Source: Batkoa obscura (taxonomy: Eukaryota). Taken from it: DNA of 64,000 bases. The position numbers and the translations under genes were made by a program. The DNA is taken from positions 372,001 to 436,000 of the forward strand of contig JASVEC010000019.1 in the NCBI GenBank assembly GCA_030770535.1, written 5' to 3'. Below are positions 13,524 to 24,497 of the stretch, piece after piece (within the stretch, counting starts at the first letter, position 1; the number at the start of each line of letters is the position of its first letter). Below the pieces are notes generated by a model that was not told the origin of the DNA, did no database searches, and saw only the letters and a program-made list of their open reading frames with translations.

Positions 13524-14558
13524 ATGGTCTCATTAAATTTTTCATTATCTTTACTCTTACTTGGAGCTGTGCACCAAGTTGTATCCCATATGGAAATGTC
13601 TTATCCTCCACCAAGAAGATCTAAACATAACAAAAATTATGCCGAATCCCAATTCGACTATTCATACACTGCTCCACTTGGGCCTGAATTCCCATACCCA
13701 TGCCGTGGCTATGGAAAGGGTCCATCATCTTATGACGCCCAGGCAGGCCAATCCATCCCAGTTACACTTGACGGTGGTGCTAACCATAATGGCGGTCACT
13801 GTCAATTTGCATTATCTTTTAATGACAAAGATTTTGTTGTTGTAAAAACTGTGATGGGAACTTGTATGTTAGATAGTTTAACTTATAATGTACCACTTCC
13901 AGCAGATGCTCCAAATGGTCAAGCTACCTTTGCTTGGTTCTGGATCAATCGAACTGGTAATCGCGAACTTTATATGAATTGTGCTGATATCACTATTAAA
14001 GGTGGAAAAGATAATGGTAGCATTACTGGTCGTAAAGCTTTAGTAGCTGATCTACCAGGGTACTCTACTTTCCCAGAAGGCTTTGCTAATGATTATGGTA
14101 AAGATCAATTCGATGCTCAACCAATGTTAACCATTTCACCTTCCGGTAATTCTGCCCCTGTCAATCCACCAGCCCAATCAAGCTCTCAAGCTTATCCAGT
14201 TGAAACCCCATCTCAAACTCAACCTCAACCACCAGTAGAAACTACTACTTCTACTTCACAACCACCTGTACAAACGACTGCAACATCAGTTGCCCCATCA
14301 TCAAGCGAAACTACACAATCTCAATCTCAAGTCCCAGTTTACCCAACTGAAGTATTACCATCTTCTGGGTATCCTACTCAACCTATACCTTCCAAAGTAA
14401 CTCCTCCACCTTCCAATGGGGAAAAGTGCCAGCACGGCTCCCTACGTTGTGGAACTAGTGGCATTGAAATTTGCTCTTACGGTGCCTTTTATAGCGTTGG
14501 ATGTCCACCTACTACTTCATGTAAAGTCGTAGATGGTAACCCAGGTTGTCGATTTTAA
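13524..14558 (+). CDS. Secreted AA11-like LPMO, copy 3 (diverged)
   Basis: Signal peptide followed by HMEMSYPPPRRS; GGANHNGGHCQ; WINRTGNRELYMNC; S/T/P/Q linker; Cys-rich tail. Confidence 0.87.
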   Translation: MVSLNFSLSLLLLGAVHQVVSHMEMSYPPPRRSKHNKNYAESQFDYSYTAPLGPEFPYPCRGYGKGPSSYDAQAGQSIPVTLDGGANHNGGHCQFALSFNDKDFVVVKTVMGTCMLDSLTYNVPLPADAPNGQATFAWFWINRTGNRELYMNCADITIKGGKDNGSITGRKALVADLPGYSTFPEGFANDYGKDQFDAQPMLTISPSGNSAPVNPPAQSSSQAYPVETPSQTQPQPPVETTTSTSQPPVQTTATSVAPSSSETTQSQSQVPVYPTEVLPSSGYPTQPIPSKVTPPPSNGEKCQHGSLRCGTSGIEICSYGAFYSVGCPPTTSCKVVDGNPGCRF

Positions 14559-15152
14559 ATTGTTCTAAAATAAGTAATATCAGCCGTGCTGGTAATGCTC
14601 AATGTTAGTTAATAAAAAGTAAAATATTTATGGTACACTCATTATCCTTGGAATTTTTGTAACCTTATTTTAATATTAACTTATAAATGTATGTAATTTG
14701 TAAAAAAAACTAGGCTATGTAGGTTATTTATTGCTAACGTCTAATATTCGAATATTAATAGTGCAATTTACAATAAAACAGCTACTCTAGATATAGGATT
14801 ATTATATTTCTTCAAATGCATGATACATTTTTTTGGATCGTTAATGTTAATATATTGTAAGTTGAATTATTGATAATATTTGATAGCTTTATTTTTATTA
14901 TTGGCATTATTGATGTTGTTCTTAGTTTGATTTATTTTTAAAATCTATACTGCTGGTTTTAGCTAATTTTAATTTTTTCTTTAAAAATAACTTTATTCTT
15001 TATAAAATAGCAGATGGTTGATGATTAATTTCAAAATTTATTTTTGTGTTTTATGATAGTGATATTTTACTACACAATCATTATAATTACAGCTTTTTAC
15101 AACTTATTTAATAAAAAACATTATATAAAATTGTAATAACTTTATAGTAATT

Positions 15153-15246
15153 GGGGTTATTTTTTGGCTTCATTACTTCCATCTTTTAAGCACTATTTAA
15201 GCGGAAATATTGTTAGTAAAATTCTTGAGCACAAAAATACATCTCC
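15153..15246. mobile_element. MITE copy
   Basis: gggg...atacatctcc with family core. Confidence 0.75.
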
Positions 15247-16233
15247 ATATACCCCATTCTTTAAATCAAATAAAAGGCTATTTTCCTGTTTTATTACTGT
15301 CAACTTTTTAAGCATAAAGATATGAAAAAATCACTAATTGAATTTTTTAGTCAAAAATATGACTACATTAACAAATATTGTAAAACTGTTAAACAATCGA
15401 CTTGTAAATAAAGATAGATAAGAATGTTTTATATTCTATTGCTTTTTTTATATATAGTATGAAACTGAAAGAATTTTTTTAGTAAAATATCGAAATAAAA
15501 AACATTCTTACGATCTTTGGACCATCCATTGGTGGTATACAAAACTCTCAGCTGATAGTGTTCCTACTCTCGTTGTTTTGACTCATTTTGTTTGTTTTCA
15601 TGTATTAGTCCATATAATACTAAGTATGGAGCATCAGATACAACTTACTCAGACTAAAGTCAACACCCCTTAAACTGGGGTACCCCCGTTAATCTAAAAA
15701 TTATGTTATTTAACTCTTCTGCATACTACCAGTGTCATAATCATACAGCTGCTTCCTTCCAATCTCTTTTAAGTTTATCTCTGAAATCAAAATATTTAGG
15801 AGTTTTGCCTTTCTCAAGGTTTCAAAAACACACTCTCAGATCATTACAGCGAACAGCAAATAATTCCATATTTCCAAAAAATCAAAGATAAAAAGCTATT
15901 AAATATCAATTCTAATATACTACTAAAGCTTATTTTTGCAAAAAACAGCTTTTGGAAGATTTCTTTTATAAATTCGATTATAAACTTTCTTAAAATAGCA
16001 AGTTTTATTTACATCTCTTTTAATCCAACAAATCAATCATTGAACTCTACTATAAATTGGCTTATTTTGAGATTTAAAAAAATAGAACTGCTCTAATGCA
16101 TTGAGATGGAAATAGAAATAGACAGTTGGAATTGAATCTATACTTGTATTAATAATTATCTAAGGACATTTACCCTTTAAATCACTACAATTAAATAGTC
16201 TTGAAAATAGCTGCTATAATCTGTCAGCTGTTT

Positions 16234-17750
16234 CTAGTCCAATATCCCACACTCGTGTGTGTAATAAGGGATGGGAAGGTGATTTATATACGAGATGGGC
16301 TTAAAGATATAAATTTTAGTACTCAAAAGCATTAAATAACCATGGGAGCCTAATGAATTGGTGTCACCTGGTTGGAGTACATCACAAGACTTTAATTTAT
16401 CTAACTGCTTTGATGACAAAAAGTGAAAACTTTTATAATCTAATGGCAAATTATCTATTTCTTGATCTAATTCATTGATCATTTTTAACATACTATTCAA
16501 ATTAAAATACTACCTACTGATTAGATGCATGTTTAAATTCTTTCCTAATATACTTCTTTTGGTATGATAACATTGCGAAACATGAGAATAATAAGGAAAT
16601 GGCCTTAGGCAGTATAATGACTCAAAAGGTTTTCTATTGCTAATATAAGGAGTTATGATACTTGCGCGGTTGTATGAGTACTTTTGAACACCCTTTTTGG
16701 GTCTAGGCTTTTGATTTTATCAATTCATAATCTAGGCAAATGGGGGGATTAACTGTTTTATTTTTTACACGGACAAAGAAGGTCAATTTAGTATATTTTA
16801 GCATTAAAAGAAGATCATGCTAAGATACCCCGTTATGAAATTTTTTTATAATTTCTCACAACTTTTCCTTTAACGAATCTTCATCTCTGTTTTTCAAAAA
16901 TGAATAAATACCATTTTCCTTTTTTTCAGGTATCATATGCAGCATTTCAACCATCCTTATTTCATGTCCCAAATACATATTAGCTAAAAAGGAATTATAT
17001 GTACATATATGTTCCTCTGCAATCAAAGTGAGTACAACCGCGATTTCTGAATTTGGGTTATAATTTTTAATTATTATCTGTTAGATATCCTTATTATCAA
17101 AATATTAATTATTTATGCTCTTTCGGAAGTTCTACCAAATTCAATGTTAATTGTATAAGAATGGATTTCAATAAACTTAGCCCTTTTTTTACAAATATAT
17201 TTTCTAGCTGTGGAACTGTAAATCATATCCTATCTAGATCTAAAAATTGGCAATGAACCTTGATAAAACAAGCTAAAAATTCCCAAGGCCTAGTTCCATC
17301 AATTTTATTTAAGACAATCTACAACTCTTTTCCTGGAGAAGAATCCAAATGGTTATTTAGATGCATCACTTACTGACTATTTCTTAATTATAGAAAGAGA
17401 AGTACACGAATGCAGAAGCGAGATTTATAACCTATTTTGAAAGAGGTATATTCAATCGGACTAAATCAGTGAGATTGAATGAGGCTATTTTTTAATAACA
17501 AGTTTTTTAAATAATCAAGAATTCCTTTGACCATATAAAATAGCTTTTTACCAAACTACTAAGCTCACTGGTCAGATAGGGCAATAAATTACTACTGATA
17601 CTAGGAAAAATTTCGACTAGTTCCAATTCAACTTCGTTTATTCGTTCAACTGCTTTTAGTCTAAAAGACTTTTGAGTTCTTTTTGATTTCTCATTGTGCT
17701 CCATAAATAGGATTTTTATCAAGGATTAAGATGTAGGTAGGTTTTTCATT
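16234..17750 (-). pseudogene. Decayed coding-like relic of unknown origin
   Basis: Several minus-strand reading-frame stretches (16234-16500, ~16850-17070, ~17120-17520, 17507-17722) broken by stops; no recognizable family. Confidence 0.3.
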
Positions 17751-18240
17751 AGGTAAATTTTAGTTTAAGAATGGTCAGTATCCTACATTCTCTAATTTTT
17801 TATAGTTTAAATTCCAAAATAAAAAAATATGGTCATGTTAGTATATTATAAACTTAAAATGAAAAGATTATATCGTTACCTACACTAGCTGTAAAAGTTG
17901 CTTCAGGGATTTAGAAATATATGTTTTTAGTCATGTTTTCTATAAAATAAAGACAATTAAATAAAAACTATCCTTTAAGCTCTTTATTTAATAGCTTTCA
18001 ACTATATGCCTTTATTATATATGTAATTATGACTAAAAACGTGTTTTTAAGTCTGGGACAGGCTTATGATTAATATAAAGATGGACAAATTTAAAAACTG
18101 GGTTCAGGTAGGGTTAGATAAAAGGAAGGTTTTATGATCAAAGCAGTATAAATTCAATTGTGTTAGGATTAATATTATTATATATTAATAAAATTTAAGT
18201 ATAAATAATAACCTGAAGGACTGCAAATTATTTAATGAAA

Positions 18241-19490
18241 ATGAGCTTGTTTTTACGCACCTTTTTCATTTTACTTCTCTTGGTACAATTGGTATTAAGA
18301 AAATGCCAGCTGATAGTAAGAAAACCCATAATTTGAGAACCAAGTAGAGATCAAAGACAGCGATTCTTTAACACCGTAAGAATTCTAGATAGTGATAAAG
18401 GAAACAAGTTCTCTGAATAGTCAAATCTCCATAATAGCTATTTTAATAAGATCCATTTTAATTTTGTTTTTTCCCCATGATATCGAGCATATGAGAGTGT
18501 TTTTTTTCATTATTTTTTCCATTTTTTAAGCACCATTTAAGCGGAAAATTTGTTGGTAAAATTCTTAAACACAAAAATACATCCCCATATCTTTCCGTAT
18601 TTAAAAAAGATTTACAATTCGTTAATAGTAGTATTATCTTACTTTGTTGGGACTAGTATATTGATTTCAATGATCTAGTAAATTTATTTATCGTTGGTGG
18701 TGGTTATTTTGACAAAAATGGGAACAAAGGTACACATTGTATAATCAGTGTCATCTTTGCTAATTTTATGGTAAATACACTAATAAGGCATTATTTGAAG
18801 GGAGGTTATGATGCAAGTAGACAAATAACCCCATTTTATACACCAGAGTCTATCGAAACTATTATAGCATCATTAAACAATTATGATACTCTTAAAAATA
18901 TAGCTAAATATTTACACCATAATAATATTCATACTGATACAGGTAGTCATTTTGATGATTTAGTTGAGCTTTTTCTCCCAAAGATCTATTGTTTTATGTG
19001 TATCATACTTCTATTGATCTCTTATGACGTGAGTAATAGTTGCATAGTCCTAGACTAGTAAATAACTATAGTAGATTAAGGCGGAATAGGTAGTATAGTA
19101 AGGATGATGAGCTTGATAGGCTTAATGTAACAGTAACATCTACCTTTAACACAAAGGTTGATGGTTGTCGTTATGAATACAGAAGACATGGTGCAGATAC
19201 TAAAGGCATTGAAACAACATTAAGATTTGTTCTTGTACTTAGTTCTCAGCTTTTTAGCCTTAGGGTAGTTCTTGAGCAGATTAGTACATATACTAAATCT
19301 ACTTTTAATGGTTTAATTACTGTTTTTAAATCTCGTTCCAATCAAGAGAAAATTATACCTTTTGTTGAACCAATGTTAAAAAATATATATTATGAAAAAT
19401 ATGAACATTACTCATTTAAGAGAACTTGAACCTAATTATAAACAATTCATTCAACTCTTAAATGATCTTCCAGATTATAAGCCTATTTAA
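18241..19490 (+). pseudogene. Tyrosinase pseudogene (paralog of 34325..35482), interrupted by a MITE
   Basis: Colinear with the intact gene from ATG to ...LLNDLPDYKPI*; in-frame stops, frameshifts and an insertion in the HRAY codons. Confidence 0.9.
18493..18586. mobile_element. MITE copy inserted in the tyrosinase pseudogene
   Basis: gc-ATAT-[gagagtg...atcccc]-ATAT-ctt; paralogs show the empty site (gcatacctt, gcttatctc). Confidence 0.9.
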
Positions 19491-20011
19491 ATGATACAGT
19501 CATCACGAATAAACTTTATAAAGTGAATACACCAATAAATAAATTACAAAGCAACTTACTCCCTTGTTATATTTTTTGTTTAATGTCAAAACATTATATA
19601 TCTTAATTTTTAATTACAATTATTCTTAAATTCTAAAAAAACTAATTTCAAACACTAATTTCTCAATAATCAATATTAAAAATTGATGTTTTGTATTCTA
19701 TATTGGTTAACCATCATAATATATATTTGAAATATTTTAATTGTATATTTTGTTATAAGAAACAACAAAATTTTGCAGTAATAAAACATTGCTTAGTCAT
19801 TTAAGTTAAGATAAACTAGCACATTTTTACAACTAAGGAATACAAATAGTTTGAGAAGCTGTTACAACTCTCTTATAGTCATTTTAGTGATAATTTTTGT
19901 AATTAGATATTATTTCAAAACTTGTTTTGAATACGGGAACTTGGCATTTTTTTTTCTTAATAAGCAGTTAGTAGGATTGATAAAAAATGACAACAGTTAA
20001 AAACAATATTT

Positions 20012-20107
20012 GAGGATGTATTTTTGTGTTTAAGAATTTTATTAAGAATTTTTCCACTCAAATAGGGCTTAAAAATGGAAAAAGTAATGAAACCAAAAAA
20101 TATCCCC
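20012..20107. mobile_element. MITE copy
   Basis: gaggatgt...tatcccc; ATTT/ATTT TSD. Confidence 0.85.
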
Positions 20108-20178
20108 ATTTGAATAGCCAGGGAATCTGATTGTTGGACTTGTAAAACCTGATTGAAAAAGATTGAGATCAAAATAAG

Positions 20179-20252
20179 TGTTTCCGTCCAGATTCGAACT
20201 GGAGACCTTCTGTGTGTTAGACAGATGTGATAACCAACTACACCACGGAAAC
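20179..20252 (-). tRNA. tRNA-Val(AAC)
   Basis: Sense GTTTCCGTGGTGTAGTTGGTTATCAC...; anticodon arm tctgt-CT AAC AC-acaga; T arm GTTCGAAT; paired acceptor stem. Confidence 0.95.
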
Positions 20253-20428
20253 TTAGCTTTAAGCTTTAAGCTTAAAATTTTATTAATAGTACTGAAGTAT
20301 TTAACTTGCTAAAAATATAATCGAATGGTGTAAAAAGTAAAACTTATGAATTAATAGCCAAGGTGTTTCACATTCAATATTTTCTCAAGTCCATTAATTT
20401 TCCTTCTAACATCAACAACGACTTGTTA

Positions 20429-20822
20429 ATGAAACTTAGCTTACCAGATATTCAAGAAGTTGAAGCAATTACCACCTTCAATGGTCCATTATCAAATGAG
20501 AGAAATATTATCCCATCAGGCAATATCCAAAAATTAAAGCAAAAAATGAATAAATTAGCCAAAGTAACTATTACAGATGGTCGAAGTTTTATTGGTACAT
20601 TTACTTGTGCTGATAAGCAAGGGAACGTAGTTTTGGCCTATTCTACTGAATATAGAGGAGGTAAGGAGTTTACTTTTTGAGACTTAGAGCTTTTTTTTAT
20701 ATGGGATCTAACAATTGGTATTTGAATTAGATGTCACTCGTCGAGTTGGTTCCGTTATTATTGGTAAAAAATATATTACGAAATTTGAGGTAGAGCAATT
20801 TCAAGCGTATTTATACAATTAG
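20429..20822 (+). CDS. NAA38: LSM-domain protein, probably NatC auxiliary subunit
   Basis: Sm1 motif KVTITDGRSFIGTFTCADKQGNVVLAYSTEYR; intron 20661-20730; exon 2 DVTRRVGSVIIGKKYITKFEV (Sm2). Confidence 0.75.
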
Positions 20823-21191
20823 TTATCTTAGATTAAAAAGTTGCTTTTTTTGTTTTACTTTCGATTATTTTTAAATCAATTTCTTATATTTTTTTATATA
20901 TAGACAGCGCTGTAATTCTAAGTAGTCTTATTTTGTGTTTAAAGAATATCGGCAACTCACAAAGCAGATAGATTTTGGTAAAGTCAATCTTGCTCTTATT
21001 TTCCTCTTTTGTTATAGTGAGGACTTAAGTCCCATTGTTTATTATTATTATTATAACTGTTCTATCTATATGTAAATTAAATTAAATATTAAATATTAAA
21101 TATTATTTTATATTATACACGAATGGATACAACTAAATTATACCATTTATCTTTGTTCCTTTGCTTTTTATTTGAAAAAAATAAGAACCCA

Positions 21192-23284
21192 CTAGATAGG
21201 TGGAAGTTGAGCACGACAAACTGGACATTCAAGTTTAATACGCATCCACTAAAAGAAATCATTAATAAAAAATCAAACTATTCAAAATAAACTCTTACCT
21301 GCTCCAAACAAGGTGTATGAAAACGATGAAAGCAAGGAGCTACCATAATACCTCTTGAACTAGTGAATCTATTTAAAGCTGAGGTAGCTGTTGTATTGAC
21401 ATTTAGATTATTAGTAGACAGTAATGGATCATTAGGATTTGATGTGGCTCCCTTTGAGTTCTTAAAGTCTGACTCTGAATTCTCTGGAAACAAAGGTAGC
21501 ATACAAATAGTACAATCCGATTCCAAAGGATCAATAGGAGCTTCTTCATCAAGTGGTGGTGCAGCAGATGATAATGGATGATAGTTATAAGTTGGCGGGA
21601 AAATAAAGCTTGGGGTAAACCATCTTGGACCAAATATATCTTGGGATAATAAAATAATAATTTGTACAATTACATAAAACGTAAGATAATAAACCCAAGA
21701 ATAATTGGTTTCTGTTGCATCTTTGATTTCTAGCAAATTATTTGGACAAGCAAATAAATATAATGGTATTGCTAATTTAAATAAAGAGATTCCCAAAATA
21801 AATGACAACGATAACCCTTTACTTGTACCTCTTTTTAAATTTCTCCAAATTTGTGGTAACCAAAAAGAATACATAAAAAAACAGAAACACCTTAATATAG
21901 TTTGTTGAAATACACCTCGACTAGTTAATGTTTGATAAACAATAAACATACCAATTAGAATAAAGATATAAAAATGAATATTCAAATAACCAGCTTCTTG
22001 ATGTTGTCTTAATCTAGAACTTTCAGGACGTTGTATCTTCAAGATCATTTGCAAATATCTTAATTCAAAAAAGGCTACTTGTATAAAGTAAAAAAATGCA
22101 GCAGCCAGGAACAGGCCTCGAACAGGACGGAATAAAACAGCTCCAGTAAGATGAGTTAAACAAAAGTAACCATCAATAATGGTAAAAAATACAAAACTCC
22201 ACCAAGATAACTTAGATATCATTGAGGCTGTAGAAGTATATTCAATTTGACTAATATATAGTAAAGTACTAAACAATCCCAAAGCAGTTACCATTAATGC
22301 ATAGTTCGTCTGTTTATTAGTAACTAGCTCTGTTTTAATTCCTTTTGTATCATAACTAGTTAATACAATTTCTGGACAATTTGGGGAATACATAAAAAAA
22401 TTTGTATGGACTGGAATAGATGGTATCGTTGGCAAACCTTTTGGATCTTTTAATTCTTGTTCTAAACTTGATATTTGATCTAATGAATATTTTTTATCAA
22501 ATGGTTTAATTTGTAATAACATTTCTAAATAACATGTTGAATTACTACTTTCGAAGAAATCTTGCCCAATATCTTCATAAACAGAAATTCTATCTATATA
22601 ACTTTCATTATAAAATTTCTTTACAGTATTAAATGTGTCTTCATCAGGCAACAGCTTCATCACATTAATTGGATTATAATTATTGATTGATGAATACCCA
22701 TGTAAATAAGCGGAGCCATTTTTCAGAAAATGGAAGCCTTCCATCAAAAAAGTATACGAGTTGGATTGTGCAATATCAGTATAAACATTAATATACCCTT
22801 GTAAAAATTTAATGTCTTTTGTTAAGTGTTTATCAAACTTAGTAGGTTTTGAACGTAACTGGAAATTAAAGTACCCAGTATCAGAAGCATTCATACCTTG
22901 TCGCCATTTACTTGTATCTGTGTTATTATTATTTGGATCTTCTTCAGTTTTTGGTAATGTTCTTTTCATGTCTATTTTTTCTACTAGTTGTTTATTCCAA
23001 TCCGCTTTAAAACTGACATTTAGCCCATGGTAAAATTTGCCCTCTGAATTCTTAATTAACTCTTCATCAAATATCACTTTTTGAAATTTCTTTAATCCTT
23101 CAGGTAAACCAAAATCTGTTGAATCAAATGTTGAGTTTGTAATAGTACCATTGATAAAGTTTATTCTTTTTTTATGTAAATCGTTATCTCTTTCAGATGG
23201 TGTATTATTCATCATTTGAACATTTAAAAATACATACAAAATAAATAAAAATATAAAATATGAGCGTCGATACGTTTCATTCAT
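21192..23284 (-). CDS. TUL1: Transmembrane RING-H2 E3 ubiquitin ligase (Tul1/Dsc1)
   Basis: Luminal domain, multi-TM region (SFWLPQIWRN, FGPRWF), RING CTICM...PCFHRFHTPCLEQ; intron 21249-21298; last exon WMRIKLECPVCRAQLPPI*. Confidence 0.9.
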
Positions 23285-23544
23285 TATTGTAATATTGTTC
23301 CTTTTAATTAATATTTATTATTAGTTGAGTTTATTGTGAAGTTGGAAATTTCATGTTAAAAAAATAAACGTACTGAACTATTAAAGGTTTAAAATAGTGA
23401 TGGCTCAAAACCAGTTATATATTGATTGGCTATTTCCAACATAACCTCTCACTTTTATAGCAGCTTTAAATATGTTTTTTAAAACCAGTACCGTAAAAAG
23501 TGGACAAAAGTTTAAAGTTGCCCTAAAAGTACTTACCCAGTTTA

Positions 23545-23592
23545 TAATCCCCGGCGGGGTCGAACCTGGAATCTTCTATTCCACAGACAAAC
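23545..23592 (-). pseudogene. tRNA-Arg(ACG) 3'-half fragment
   Basis: atccccggcggggtcgaacctggaatcttctattccacagaca matches the 58109 and 60668 copies with substitutions. Confidence 0.8.
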
Positions 23593-24310
23593 TGTATATT
23601 GTTTCAGTCTCCTGGAGATATCCAAGCACCTTTTAGCCTAACCACGAAGGTATACCCCAAATAATAACTGTATCCATTTAATCTCTTAAACTAAACCCCG
23701 CGTTCAGTTACTAGCAAGTAGTAATTCTCAATAACTATAGAACTTACGTTAGGAAGTTCTAGTAGTATATTTTTAGATCATAATTCAATAATTAGTAGAT
23801 TTAATATTTTAGTTTGAATTTGATATAAAATAAACTATTGGTTTGATGGTAAACTTTTGATTGATATCTTTATGAATGTAAAATAGTAATTGAAATTGAA
23901 ATAGTATATAGTTCAAGATTAATGTTGAAAAATGTGAATAAAATAGTTGAAAATGAAATAGAAATTAGTAACAAAGTGCTAAAATAATAAGATACTAATT
24001 GTTGGTATAGTATCATAAATAGTAAAATGACTGGATATTGTAAATAAATAAATGAAATGATAAAATACATTAATTAAAATTATTAAATAATTTAAAGAAA
24101 GTATTAAAAATTTAGAAGATAATAGCTTTTGAGGAAAGTATCATAAATTCAAATTGTAATGAAGTTCTCTGGCTACTTTCTAATTTGAAAAGTACGAGTT
24201 TTTCAAATCTAGGAGATAAGCTGAAAGATTATATACATCCACTATGCCAACTGCTTTAAGAACGCTAAATACATGAAGCTTTTTCTTAATTATTTTCCTT
24301 TGAATAAATT

Positions 24311-24371
24311 TGGAATATTAATCTTCTGTTGCGTAGACAGGCAGACGCCTTATCGATTGGGCCACAGGACC
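24311..24371 (-). pseudogene. tRNA-Arg(ACG) 5'-half fragment
   Basis: atcttctgttgcgtagacag..acgccttatcgattgggccacaggacc matches the 5' part of the intact Arg tRNA. Confidence 0.8.
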
Positions 24372-24497
24372 GTTTTTTAAATTATAAAAATTAACAAATC
24401 AAAAAACCAAAATTAAAATCATAAAATTCAATCAAATATCCAATTATTACTATGTTTATTATTAAATAACTTCCCTATTTTCCTTCAACTCTCCCAT

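Noticed and set aside
19957..20172. Short ORFs similar to each other (also 32408..32590, 40495..40692, 57979..58194)
   Set aside because: The similarity comes from translating through MITE copies (and a tRNA), not from a peptide family.
23870..24070. Hydrophobic 66-aa ORF
   Set aside because: Product of low-complexity AT-rich sequence inside the insert between the tRNA halves.
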